From: Patescibacteria group bacterium
Lineage (GTDB): Bacteria; Patescibacteriota; Minisyncoccia; Moranbacterales; GWC2-37-73
DNA: 64,000 nt
Assembly: GCA_022709565.1 (NCBI GenBank)
Contig: JAKLIO010000001.1
Coordinates: 150,906 to 214,905 of the forward strand
Direction of reading: 5' to 3'
Part shown: in pieces, positions 34,745-44,696 of the stretch
Layout: each line of letters opens with the position of its first letter
Numbering within the stretch: position 1 is the stretch's first letter
Made by a program: the position numbers and the translations under genes
Notes under the pieces: model-generated
Told to the model about the DNA's origin: nothing
Database searches by the model: none
What the model saw: the letters and a program-made list of their open reading frames with translations, nothing else

Positions 34745-36073
34745 TTAATTTCTGAGATCAATTATATTGCCTGAGTTTTTTGTTTCTTCGCTTAATTCTA
34801 CAAACTCTTTTTCATTATTTTTGTAACTCTTTGGCTTCATTTGCCATTGAGAATGCTGCTGGAATTGTTTTGGCGGAACTGATTGCACATTTGTTTTTTG
34901 CACGCTGCTTTTTATTTCCTCAGTTTTGGCATCATTGACTGCTTGTTCTGCTGGTAATTTCTGCGCTGAAGAAAAACTTATTGATCCGCTAGTTAAAGCG
35001 GTATTTTGATCTGAATTATTTCTATCTTTGATGCTTGCGAAATCATTGAAATAATTATCTTTTCCCGAATTTATCTTTTGACCGACATTTTTGAAATAGT
35101 TTTCATCTTTGATACTGCTTTGCTCTTTTTTTTCATTCTTAAAATCCATGGAAGGACTAGTCTGCGGTTTTTTGATGGCTTGCGGCACATATCTTTGAAA
35201 AACATCTTTCTGTTCAATAGCAGCGCTGGTTTTTAGATCTTCGCTTCTTTCATCCATTTCTTTTCTCATATTTACCATGGTCTGTTGTTTGGCAACTTCG
35301 GATTGTTCATTATTTTCAAAAATAACAGTCTGTTTTTCCGGATCAATTTTGATAGACGTTTTTTCCTCCAATGACTTCAAAATAAAAGCTAGTTTTTGTC
35401 TTTCAATCGGTGTTATTTTTTTTCCGTTATCGCCATGAAAAAGATAATTGGATCGATCCATAGCACTGTGTTTGCCGGCACCCATATTGTCGTGAAAATC
35501 CGTGATCCAATTTTTGATGGATGGCCTGACGGAAGTTGGAAAATATCTAAGCTTTAGGGGGTTGACTGTTACTGATTGTTCTCCGATATTGGGATATTTT
35601 TCCAGTGCCATATTCAGATCCATACTGATTATTTTTTGAGCTGCTTTTTCTTCCTGTTTTTTTTCTTCTTTTTCTTGCTCAACAATCCACGGTTCAATGT
35701 CTAAAACCCGCCTCTGAACTTTTTCTTCGGTTACAATAGGGGGGATTTTGTTCTGTTCCCATTGTTTCAGCAGTTCTTGCGCATTTTTAAAATAGTCATC
35801 GAACGGACAGAATGATTTTTTGCTTAGTTCGCAGGCAATTCCATTTGCAATATCATTCTTTACCTGAAAAGCAGCTTGAATCTTCATTGGCAGTTGATCT
35901 AGGGGCATATCTTTTATGAAAATATCTCTCACTGGTAAAGCTATTTTTTCTATATCATCTTCTTTTATATCATACAAAAAACAAGCTCGTTCAATATCTA
36001 AACGCACATCATTGGCACACAAATATTCTCGCACTTTTTCGGGTAAATTGTTTATTTTTTCTGAAAAATCCAT
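34745..36073 (-). CDS. hypothetical protein (442 aa) of the T4SS-like block; no TM helix, Q/N/K-rich C-terminal half
   Basis: Clean ORF tightly packed between the VirB6-like gene and the pilin genes; no family recognised. Confidence 0.6.
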   Translation of the reverse strand: MDFSEKINNLPEKVREYLCANDVRLDIERACFLYDIKEDDIEKIALPVRDIFIKDMPLDQLPMKIQAAFQVKNDIANGIACELSKKSFCPFDDYFKNAQELLKQWEQNKIPPIVTEEKVQRRVLDIEPWIVEQEKEEKKQEEKAAQKIISMDLNMALEKYPNIGEQSVTVNPLKLRYFPTSVRPSIKNWITDFHDNMGAGKHSAMDRSNYLFHGDNGKKITPIERQKLAFILKSLEEKTSIKIDPEKQTVIFENNEQSEVAKQQTMVNMRKEMDERSEDLKTSAAIEQKDVFQRYVPQAIKKPQTSPSMDFKNEKKEQSSIKDENYFKNVGQKINSGKDNYFNDFASIKDRNNSDQNTALTSGSISFSSAQKLPAEQAVNDAKTEEIKSSVQKTNVQSVPPKQFQQHSQWQMKPKSYKNNEKEFVELSEETKNSGNIIDLRN

Positions 36074-36095
36074 CCTTTTTTATTTATTTTTTATT

Positions 36096-38321
36096 TTATA
36101 AAAAACCAGCTAACACAGGGCTTCTTCTTATCTGTTTTACCAATTCAGGTCTCGGCGGATCAAGTTCATTAACTGCTTTTACCAATGCTTTTCTGCTTTC
36201 ATCAGTTTTTAAATTTGAACCTATCTCATTAAATTTTCCAGCACTTATATGTTTAGCAATTTCAGGAGCAAGTTTTTGTATCGTACCCTCAGTAAGATTC
36301 TTCGTATTATCCTTGTCAAATCGCTTAATTAAATCTCTTCTTTCAATATCAACCAATGAACTATGGATTTCTCCTGTTGCAGCCGTATGCGCCAATTGTA
36401 TTTGCATATTTGTTTCATTGGCAGTATTGCCATGATCCGGATCGTTAGCAAGTTGTATAATAGATTGTTTAATATTTCTCTTGTGCTCTTCGCTTTTTTC
36501 AGCTAAATTGCGAAGTCCCTTCTCGTTAAGACCTCCATGTTTCATAGCTATCTCTACAAATTTAACATTGCCAAGCGCATTAGCACTAAGTTTTTTCTCA
36601 TCATATTGATTGCTTTCAACATGCTCTCTAGCTGCATTCTCATCAAGTTTTGTGGTTTTAGAACCGTCCGGATTAGTAACTGTAGTAGAAAATGCCGAAG
36701 CCGGATCATATGCTTTAACTTTATTTTGCATTTGCTTGAATACCTGGCTGTTTTCACCAAAAAGCTCCCTGACCTTGTCGAGTTCTTCTGTGCCTTTAGT
36801 TTTTCCGCGATTAGCAAGTTCTTGATACGCAGCTGCTTGAGTATGCTTGCTTCCTGTTCTGGCTAGATTTTGAAGGTCAAGATTATTCATATTTGCAGTA
36901 TCGCGAAGCTTGGCCTCTTCAGCCACCTTGGCAGATTCCGCAGATTGATATCGATTTGCAGCATGCTGTGCCGTATAGCCCTTTGAAAATATCCCTCCCC
37001 TTAATTGATCTTGCTTGTTGCCAGCCCAATTTCCCAAACGATTCGACCATTTGTCTCCTTTGGCCTGATCCCTGCGCGCCTGATAAGCTTTATAAGCGCC
37101 TGCTGCAAATGTCAAGCCGGAAGCAAATTTTATAGCGCTCTTTGCAAAACCTTGCGCTTTATCAACAACCAAATTCGATCCGGCAATTCCCATCGATTTA
37201 GCTACGCCCATTCCAAACCATAAAACAACGATGGGAACCATAAAAAATGAAGCATTTGAAACAAATTTAGCCACATCAGAGTCCACGGTGCTTGAAGTAG
37301 CTGCTTTCAAAAAAGCGTTTTGATCATCACCCATAGCCTTAGTTATTGCTAAAGCCACGACTAACATAAAAACCATGATTGGTCCGAAAAAAGCATAGTT
37401 AAAAAGTTTACCCCACCAATCACTGGCAAATTTCTGGGTACTTGGAAAAATAAAACCGACGAAGCCAATTGGGGAAAACATTATTAGTATTGTCAGCGCC
37501 ACTATTCTAATCAAAAAAAGAGCGCCCAAAATCAGCAATGTCATGCCAAAAATAAAGGTGAATACTATACTCATCAACTCAAACGTAAGTGGCATTTTTT
37601 CAAAACCGGCTGGAGTCATTATCTTAGAAATTTGTGAAAAAGTGCCGAAGCTTGCGGCTATTGTCGAACCAGTTGCCTTGCTTCCCGAGGCTAATGAAGA
37701 AGTAAACATATTGTTCAGGAAATAATACATAGCTACATTGGATATGTCTATGAAAAAACGTGCGATCGGATAGCTGAAGTTTACCAGCAAAGCGTTAATA
37801 AGAATATTGAGCCAGGTTTTTTTTAAGTTCCATTTTTCTACTTGGAAAATTGTGCAAAAAGCCGAAAAAAGCAAAACTAGAATAAAAAACATATTCGCAA
37901 TATCTCTGACCATAACCCAAATATTTTTTACGGCATTTCTATTGAAAATCCCCTTGTCACCTGAGATTATATCAGGATTCATAACGGCTTCTAGAATACT
38001 TGTAGCTATAGAAACCAAGACTACCATGCCTTTTTGAATAAGCAACATTAAATTGCCTATTGTGGCATCAGCAATAGCTTGAGCGCCAGCTCCTACTACT
38101 TCGCCTGCTTTTTTCCCAACCCAATTCACCGGATTCGTAAGGAATCCTTGATCATCTGCCGCCAATACCCCTTCAGCATTAATAAAAAAAACGCACACCA
38201 AAAATAAAACAACCAAAATTGTTTTTGTTCTTTTGCTGCGCAGAATGTTTTTCAACTTGCAAAAAAAATCGCTTGTTGATTTTTCGCAAGGTATTTTTTT
38301 GTTTTTAAAAATCCAGTTCAT
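36096..38321 (-). CDS. polytopic membrane protein, VirB6/TrbL-like candidate, with a roughly 340-aa helical C-terminal domain
   Basis: An N-terminal TM helix, a periplasmic-like segment, at least 6 further TM helices (residues about 130-400), then a long soluble tail. Assignment rests on topology and context only. Confidence 0.45.
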   Translation of the reverse strand: MNWIFKNKKIPCEKSTSDFFCKLKNILRSKRTKTILVVLFLVCVFFINAEGVLAADDQGFLTNPVNWVGKKAGEVVGAGAQAIADATIGNLMLLIQKGMVVLVSIATSILEAVMNPDIISGDKGIFNRNAVKNIWVMVRDIANMFFILVLLFSAFCTIFQVEKWNLKKTWLNILINALLVNFSYPIARFFIDISNVAMYYFLNNMFTSSLASGSKATGSTIAASFGTFSQISKIMTPAGFEKMPLTFELMSIVFTFIFGMTLLILGALFLIRIVALTILIMFSPIGFVGFIFPSTQKFASDWWGKLFNYAFFGPIMVFMLVVALAITKAMGDDQNAFLKAATSSTVDSDVAKFVSNASFFMVPIVVLWFGMGVAKSMGIAGSNLVVDKAQGFAKSAIKFASGLTFAAGAYKAYQARRDQAKGDKWSNRLGNWAGNKQDQLRGGIFSKGYTAQHAANRYQSAESAKVAEEAKLRDTANMNNLDLQNLARTGSKHTQAAAYQELANRGKTKGTEELDKVRELFGENSQVFKQMQNKVKAYDPASAFSTTVTNPDGSKTTKLDENAAREHVESNQYDEKKLSANALGNVKFVEIAMKHGGLNEKGLRNLAEKSEEHKRNIKQSIIQLANDPDHGNTANETNMQIQLAHTAATGEIHSSLVDIERRDLIKRFDKDNTKNLTEGTIQKLAPEIAKHISAGKFNEIGSNLKTDESRKALVKAVNELDPPRPELVKQIRRSPVLAGFL

Positions 38322-38500
38322 CAGGATTTAGTATAATTGTCTATCTATAAAAAATTATAGCATACTTTTTCAATATCAAGAAGTATTTTATGCACAAAAA
38401 AATCGACCCAAGAAAGGCCGATTTTTATAAAAAATATTTTGTGTTTTTTATGGCTTGTATATTTTACTAATAAGCTAAGCAGCTAAAGAAGCTAACGAAG

Positions 38501-39655
38501 CTAATAGATGTATCCCTTAATTACCCGACTGGAAGTTGAAATTGTCCGGCGGCTGGTTTTGGCATAGCCCACATAATTCATTTCCGAAACGGTTATGGTT
38601 CCGCCGCTGACTTTTTCCACATAGGCCACGTGGCCGTAATATCTGTTTTCAGTCGTCACTACAATCGAGCCGACACGCGGCGATTTGCCGGTTGCATAAC
38701 CCATGGCTTTGGCATGATAGAGCCAGGTTCCGGCATTACCACCCCAAGGAACATAGCGTTTTTGCGAGACAAACCAGGTACAATATCCATATGGAAATCT
38801 GTGTCCAGCGCCAGCCTTGCCCCTTGGCGTAACTTCAGAAATTTGTGGAGTTCCCCCGCTAGAGGTTGCATATTGCCTCTTATCAAGCAACGACTGGCTG
38901 CTGGGAGCGGGTTTTGGCGCCTCGCCCTGCCCGTCCGGAATAATAATTTCTTTTCCAACTTCAATATCGCCATTGGCCGGCAAATCATTGAAAGCTATAA
39001 TTTTATCTTTCTCCGCCTTATATTTATTAGCGATTGATTCAATATTATCCCCTGATTTAATCACATATTTTATGCCTGATACCGGCAAAATAAACATAGT
39101 ATCCCCTGGCATTATCGAATCAACATTTTCGATATCATTGGCCCACAAAAGAGTATTCACTGAAATTTTATTCTTTTCGGCAATCGATCCAAGAGTATCG
39201 CCAGATTGGACAACATACATTTCAACCCCACCTTCTTCTTCCGGATCCTGCATCGGGCTCGCTCCCCCGGAAGCTGTCATTATGCCTTGCTCGCTAATCA
39301 CGTTTTTGATTATTTCTTCTTCTTTGGCTTCCGGATCAACAGATGTATTCGGCTTTGAAAGAGGAACCAGCGCCAAATCATTTTTTTTGTCGGTTTGGCC
39401 GCTAATTCTACTTTCTACGATCTGGGATTCATTTGAATCATCCAAATAACCAAAAAGAAAGCCACTATTGACTTTGCCTGATGCAACATTAGTTGCTGCC
39501 ACAAGAAGCGAGCTGGACACAACAACCGCAAAAGCTGAGTAGTTGCGCAGAAGATGCAGGAGCTTTATTGTCCTGTGCTCCTTGATAAATCTCGCTATGC
39601 TGTGTTGGTAGAAATGGAGCTTGGTGTTGAAACCTTTGAGGTCGATTTTTTCCAA
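38501..39655 (-). CDS. membrane-anchored peptidoglycan hydrolase, 2x LysM + CHAP domain
   Basis: LysM repeats YVVQSGDTLGSIAEKNKISVNTLLWAN and YVIKSGDNIESIANKYKAEKDKIIAFN. CHAP region FPYGYCTWFV...GHVAYVE. TTG start, uncertain. Confidence 0.8.
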   Translation of the reverse strand: MEKIDLKGFNTKLHFYQHSIARFIKEHRTIKLLHLLRNYSAFAVVVSSSLLVAATNVASGKVNSGFLFGYLDDSNESQIVESRISGQTDKKNDLALVPLSKPNTSVDPEAKEEEIIKNVISEQGIMTASGGASPMQDPEEEGGVEMYVVQSGDTLGSIAEKNKISVNTLLWANDIENVDSIMPGDTMFILPVSGIKYVIKSGDNIESIANKYKAEKDKIIAFNDLPANGDIEVGKEIIIPDGQGEAPKPAPSSQSLLDKRQYATSSGGTPQISEVTPRGKAGAGHRFPYGYCTWFVSQKRYVPWGGNAGTWLYHAKAMGYATGKSPRVGSIVVTTENRYYGHVAYVEKVSGGTITVSEMNYVGYAKTSRRTISTSSRVIKGYIY

Positions 39656-39827
39656 AGACTCCCGTATATAAGAAAAAATGGGTTTTTTACTAATAAAAAA
39701 GTCCTTTCAGTTGACTGTCAGCAAAGAAAAAACGGCAAGAGAAAATCAGTAGTGCCGCAATCCATGACCTGCAGTCTTAATTTTTAACTGCTATTAATTG
39801 TATCCCCACGGGGGTCTTTTTGTCAAA

Positions 39828-39958
39828 CCCCGCACTAAATTGGCACTGTGCTAAAAGCGCAAAAATAATATGCTGAATAACTTATAAAACCTGCGCAATT
39901 ATAAAGATAGCGTCTTCTATATTTTTAAAATATAAATAGGTGCCAATTTAGTGCGGGG
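39828..39958. mobile_element. MITE-like element with 19-bp terminal inverted repeats
   Basis: CCCCGCACTAAATTGGCAC ... GTGCCAATTTAGTGCGGGG (perfect TIR), 131 bp, flanked by TCAAA on both sides. Confidence 0.55.
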
Positions 39959-40056
39959 TCAAAGAAATTATACACTCTAATCTGTTTTTTTGGCTAATAT
40001 AAGCCTTTTTTTATTTTAACTTTTTTATATCTTCAGAAGTAGAGTATAATAAAAAC

Positions 40057-40965
40057 ATGCTTATAGATAAATTGCTCACAGATTTTTTGGAATATTTAGA
40101 AATTGAGCGCAATCGCTCTCAAAAAACCATTGAGAACTATCATCACTATCTCAGACGCTTTTTGGAATGGGCAAAAATATCAAAACCCAAAGATATCACC
40201 GCTGAGCTTGTTCGCAGTTATCGCATCTACCTTAACAGGAAAACTGATGCCAAGGGCAAAGAACTCAAAAAGGTTACGCAAAACTATCACATGATCGCTA
40301 TTCGCAGTTTTCTCAAATATCTGTCCAAGCGCGACATTGAAAGCCTAGCGGCAGAAAAAATCGAAATCGGCAAAAACCCTTCCCATGAAATAGAATTTCT
40401 TGATGGCAACGAGCTTGACCGTCTCCTCTCTGCTGCCAGCGGAACTAGCGTCAAAGCTCTCCGCGATAGGGCTATTTTGGAGCTTCTTTTCTCAGCCGGC
40501 CTGCGTGTTTCCGAACTCATCAACATCAACCGCGACCAGATCAATTTATCTAGGCAGGAATTCAGCGTCAAAGGCAAGGGCGATAAAATCCGCATTGTTT
40601 TTGTTTCCAACACGGCCAAAGAAGCTTTAGAAAAATATTTAGCCAAAAGAATGGATATTGACCCAGCTTTATTTGTTAGATTTTCTAAGAAAAAAAAGAC
40701 GGAAACCGATAAAAAACGTCTCACTCCACGATCTATTCAAAGAATTGTGAAATTCTATGCCACTAAAGCCGGCATTGTGAAAGATGTGCATCCGCACACT
40801 CTGCGCCACAGTTTTGCCACTGATCTTTTAGCCAATGGTGCCGACATCCGCAGCGTGCAAACAATGCTTGGCCATTCATCAATAACAACAACTCAGATTT
40901 ATACCCACATCACCAATCAACAGCTCAAAGAAGTCCACAAAAAATTCCACGGAAAGAAAAAATAA
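40057..40965 (+). CDS. site-specific tyrosine recombinase, XerC/XerD-like
   Basis: N-terminal SAM-like domain (FLEYLEIERNRSQKTIENY) and catalytic residues in context: ARD/RVSEL, HPHTLRHSFAT, LGHSSITTTQIYTH. Confidence 0.85.
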   Translation: MLIDKLLTDFLEYLEIERNRSQKTIENYHHYLRRFLEWAKISKPKDITAELVRSYRIYLNRKTDAKGKELKKVTQNYHMIAIRSFLKYLSKRDIESLAAEKIEIGKNPSHEIEFLDGNELDRLLSAASGTSVKALRDRAILELLFSAGLRVSELININRDQINLSRQEFSVKGKGDKIRIVFVSNTAKEALEKYLAKRMDIDPALFVRFSKKKKTETDKKRLTPRSIQRIVKFYATKAGIVKDVHPHTLRHSFATDLLANGADIRSVQTMLGHSSITTTQIYTHITNQQLKEVHKKFHGKKK

Positions 40966-40977
40966 ATTGAAATAATT

Positions 40978-41075
40978 AAAAGTATATGTTTTGAAGCGGC
41001 TAGCGAGTGCGACGGCACGAGCTCGGAGCATTTTTTCAGCAGAAAAAATGCGTGCGCTGAAAAACATATACTTTT
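40978..41075. repeat. long palindromic element with GC-rich core (convergent terminator)
   Basis: Arms AAAAGTATATGTTTTGAAGCG / CGCTGAAAAACATATACTTTT and an inner hairpin GCATTTTTT/AAAAAATGC. Lies between the recombinase and uvrD stops. Confidence 0.7.
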
Positions 41076-41088
41076 AAAATTAGAATGC

Positions 41089-43305
41089 TTACAACTTTTT
41101 AAGTTTTGCAAATTCTACAGAAAGCCGCTTGATGCCGGCTTTTTTAAATGCCACCACCACAATATCGCCAACAGCTGAAACCACAATGCCGTCGCCGAAT
41201 TCAGCGTGTCTGACTTTTTCTCCACCTTTGAAAATTACAGCGTGAGATGTTGCGTGTTTGCTGTTAGAATTTTTGCTTTTTCTATTTTTATTTAACAGCT
41301 CTTTAAATACTTTCTGCTCCGCTTCGCGATATGAATTTTTCTGCATGAGTTTTTCCGGAATATCTTCTAAAAATCTGGATGGGGAATTCATTTGCGTCGA
41401 ACCGAACAAAGTGCGCTGACGCGTGAAAAGTAAATATATTTTTTCCTTGGCTCTGGTAAGACCAACATACATAAGTCTTCTCTCCTCTTCCATCTCAGCA
41501 TAAGACAACATGCTGCGTGAATGCGGCAAGACGCCTTCTTCCAAACCGGCAATAAAAACCACCGGAAATTCCAAACCTTTGGCGCTGTGCAGTGTCATCA
41601 GATGCACCGCTTCTTCATTTTGATTAATATTATCCACATCCGATGCCAAAGCGATTTCTTCCAAAAAAGCGCTGAGTTTGTTTTCCGATTCGTCTTTCAT
41701 TTCGTCGTACTTTTGCGCGACCGAAACCAACTCTTTCACGTTCTCCCAGCGCATTTCGCCTTCCGGTCCTTCATTCAAAAGCATTTGCTCATAACCGCTT
41801 TCCCTAAAAACTTTTTCCACAAAATCCGCCAGCTTTATCCGCGGCTGCACATCTTTCATTCTTCGAACAAATTCCGAAAATTTAATTATGGCATCAATTT
41901 TGGAAATTGGGATTTGAATATTGTTTGGAAATTGGAAATTGGGATTTGAAAATTGGAGCGACACATCAATAAGATTAGTCTCTAAAAAATTTGCTGTTTT
42001 CACCCATTTTTTTAGTGTCATATCACCAATTGAGCGACGTGGTTCATTAATTATTCTTTCCAATGAAACAACATCGGAATAATTCGCAATCAATCTGAGA
42101 TAGCTCACCATGTCTTTTACTTCTTTCCTTTGATAAAATTTGATGCCGCCAATAATCCGATACGGAATAGATCTTTTCAAAAAAACCTCTTCAATCATGC
42201 GCGACTGCGCGTTGGTACGATAGAGAACCACAAAATCGGAATATTTTCTTTTGGCATTTTTAATTTCATGCGCGATAAACTCAGCCTCGTCGCTTTCATC
42301 TTCCGCTTCAAAAGAAGAAACCAAATGTCCTTTTTCTTTTTCTGTCCAAAGTTTTTTGTCTTTGCGATTGATGTTCTTGGAAATCACGCCATACGCCGCA
42401 TCCAAAATAGTTTGCGTTGAACGGTAATTCTGTTCCAAATGAATAACCTTCGCTTCCGGATAATCTTTTTCAAAATTAAGAATATTCTGAATATCCGCGC
42501 CTCGGAACTTATAGATCGACTGCCAATCGTCCCCCACAACGCACAAATTGCGATGTTTCCCAGCCAGCATATTAATGAGCAGATACTGCGCATGATTAGT
42601 ATCTTGATATTCATCCACTAAAATATATTTAAATTGTTTTTGATATTTCAGGAGTACTTGTGGAAATTTTTTAAAAATTTCAACCGCGAACATCAGAATA
42701 TCATCAAAATCCAAACCATTATTTTCTTTGAGAGTGGCTTGATATTTTTTATAGGTCTTAGCTACAATTTCTTCGTAATATCCGTTGGCCTGATTTTCGA
42801 ATTTTTCAACTGTCATCATTTCGTTTTTGGCTTTACTGATGTTGGCCAAAATCGCCCGCGGATTGAACTGCTGCGGATCGATTTCCAATTCTTTCAAAAC
42901 TTTTTTCATGAGAACCTGCTGATCCTGATCATCAACGATGTGAAAAGTTTTGGAATATCCCAACACTTCGATTTCACTGCGCAAAATCTTGGAACAGATT
43001 GCATGGAAAGTGCCGATGGTTGGCAAATTGGAATTGTTATATAAACTGTATATGTAATTTTTGTCCGCTTGCGGATAAAGCAACCTGATAATTCTCTCGC
43101 ACATTTCCCCCGCCGCCTTATTGGTGAAAGTCACCGCCAAAATATTTTGCGGATTAACTCCGTGCTTTTTGATAAGATAGGCCACCCGATGCGTCAGGGT
43201 TTTGGTTTTGCCACTGCCAGCCCCTGCAATAATCAAAAGCGGACCGTCAGCCGTAGCCACCGCCTCTTTTTGTTGTTCATTAAGTTCAGCCAAAACATCT
43301 ACCAT
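41089..43305 (-). CDS. uvrD: UvrD/PcrA-family ATP-dependent DNA helicase
   Basis: GAGSGKTKTLTHR Walker A, VDEYQDTN, QNYRST, VHLMTLHSAKGLEFPVVF, YVGLTRAK. Confidence 0.95.
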   Translation of the reverse strand: MVDVLAELNEQQKEAVATADGPLLIIAGAGSGKTKTLTHRVAYLIKKHGVNPQNILAVTFTNKAAGEMCERIIRLLYPQADKNYIYSLYNNSNLPTIGTFHAICSKILRSEIEVLGYSKTFHIVDDQDQQVLMKKVLKELEIDPQQFNPRAILANISKAKNEMMTVEKFENQANGYYEEIVAKTYKKYQATLKENNGLDFDDILMFAVEIFKKFPQVLLKYQKQFKYILVDEYQDTNHAQYLLINMLAGKHRNLCVVGDDWQSIYKFRGADIQNILNFEKDYPEAKVIHLEQNYRSTQTILDAAYGVISKNINRKDKKLWTEKEKGHLVSSFEAEDESDEAEFIAHEIKNAKRKYSDFVVLYRTNAQSRMIEEVFLKRSIPYRIIGGIKFYQRKEVKDMVSYLRLIANYSDVVSLERIINEPRRSIGDMTLKKWVKTANFLETNLIDVSLQFSNPNFQFPNNIQIPISKIDAIIKFSEFVRRMKDVQPRIKLADFVEKVFRESGYEQMLLNEGPEGEMRWENVKELVSVAQKYDEMKDESENKLSAFLEEIALASDVDNINQNEEAVHLMTLHSAKGLEFPVVFIAGLEEGVLPHSRSMLSYAEMEEERRLMYVGLTRAKEKIYLLFTRQRTLFGSTQMNSPSRFLEDIPEKLMQKNSYREAEQKVFKELLNKNRKSKNSNSKHATSHAVIFKGGEKVRHAEFGDGIVVSAVGDIVVVAFKKAGIKRLSVEFAKLKKL

Positions 43306-43308
43306 ATT

Positions 43309-44106
43309 TTATAAAAATTCAATTAATTTTTGCCAATCCTCCACTCCCAATTCCTGCGCGCGGGTATTTTTTGAAAAACCAAACGCAATCAATTTTTCTT
43401 CAACAGTTTTTTTATCCAGTTGCAAACCATTGGCAAGATTATTAACCAGAGTTTTTCTTTTGGCGGAAAATCCCGCCCTCACTACTCTAAAAAAATCCCT
43501 ATTATTTTTTTTACTGATTACTGGTTGCTGGTTGCTGGTTACTATTCTGATAACTGCACTATCCACTTTCGGCATGGGATCAAAAGCAGTTTTTGGGACA
43601 GTGAATAAATATTCCGGCTGGGCATAATATTGCACGGAAACCGCTAAAATGCTCATCTCTCCGGCCTTGGCGCAAATTCTTTCCGCCACTTCTTTCTGCA
43701 CCATTAAAATCATTTCGCTTGGCGGAATTTTTGTTTCTAAAAGTAAACGAATAATTGGTGCTGTAATATAATAAGGTATGTTTGCAACAGTTTTGTATCT
43801 CGTATCTTGTATTTCGTATTTAGAAACTAATTCTGGCAAGTTGATTTTTAAAATATCATTATGAATAATTTCAACATTTTCTTTGTTACGTAGCTTGTTA
43901 CGTAGCATTTCAATTAAACGGTCATCCAATTCAATAGCAATCACTTTTTTACATTTCCGAGCCAGTAATTCCGTCAGCACTCCATGTCCTGGCCCAATTT
44001 CAATCACAACATCATTTTTTGAAAGATTGGCACTTTCAATAATCCGCTGCAAAACCGCATCGTCTTTCAAAAAATTCTGCCCTAAAGATTTTTTAGCCTT
44101 AATCAT
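43309..44106 (-). CDS. rsmA: 16S rRNA (adenine1518/1519-N6)-dimethyltransferase
   Basis: KKSLGQNFL, EIGPGHG, ANIPYYITAP. Contains the in-frame ATAC-heptamer segment SKYEIQDTRYKT. Confidence 0.9.
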   Translation of the reverse strand: MIKAKKSLGQNFLKDDAVLQRIIESANLSKNDVVIEIGPGHGVLTELLARKCKKVIAIELDDRLIEMLRNKLRNKENVEIIHNDILKINLPELVSKYEIQDTRYKTVANIPYYITAPIIRLLLETKIPPSEMILMVQKEVAERICAKAGEMSILAVSVQYYAQPEYLFTVPKTAFDPMPKVDSAVIRIVTSNQQPVISKKNNRDFFRVVRAGFSAKRKTLVNNLANGLQLDKKTVEEKLIAFGFSKNTRAQELGVEDWQKLIEFL

Positions 44107-44118
44107 AAATACTAAAAT

Positions 44119-44655
44119 TTAATATTCATAAACATACAGCGTGCCTAGCGCACCAGCTTTTTCTTGAATAATCATTTTCGGCTTTCTGGTTTTTATGGGG
44201 AAAGAATTGGAAATGACTATCGTTCCCTTTCTTAATTCCTGAGAAAACTTTGCTTCCAAGCGCACCATAAGGCCGGGGAAAAGATAAACATATATTATGT
44301 CCGCATCGCTGATATTAATTTTAAAAAAATCTCCCAGTTTATAGTCAATTTTTTGTTTAAGAAAAAGATTTCTGAATTTTGCAGAGCAATAAGCTGCTAT
44401 ATTATATTCAACCCCTATGCATTTTAGGTCCGGATAACGGCTGGCTACTTTTGAAATCATCTTGCCGCTGCCTGATCCCAATTCATAAAAATTTTTCGCT
44501 TTTCCAAAATCTATGTTCTGCAAAAAATTTTCAATAGCACCACTTCCGGAAGAAAGCATCGGGACTTTCAAATAAAAAGAATAAAATAAATTTAAATATA
44601 TAAAAATCATAAAGCAAAAAAGAAGCAGCGTTATGATCAATAATAAAATGTGCAT
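44119..44655 (-). CDS. class I SAM-dependent methyltransferase with N-terminal TM helix
   Basis: YELGSGSGKM motif I. The hydrophobic N-terminus MHILLLIITLLLFCFMIFIYL is unusual for this fold. Confidence 0.6.
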   Translation of the reverse strand: MHILLLIITLLLFCFMIFIYLNLFYSFYLKVPMLSSGSGAIENFLQNIDFGKAKNFYELGSGSGKMISKVASRYPDLKCIGVEYNIAAYCSAKFRNLFLKQKIDYKLGDFFKINISDADIIYVYLFPGLMVRLEAKFSQELRKGTIVISNSFPIKTRKPKMIIQEKAGALGTLYVYEY

Positions 44656-44696
44656 TGCGTTAAAAAATTATTTTTTAATAATTGATGATAAAAAGA

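Noticed and set aside
39803-39820. CCCCACGGGGG hairpin followed by a T-run on the + strand, possibly ending a small + strand RNA upstream of the MITE.
   Set aside because: No convincing + strand promoter lies upstream, and the only + strand ORF there (39554-39787) overlaps the CHAP gene start. The evidence is insufficient.
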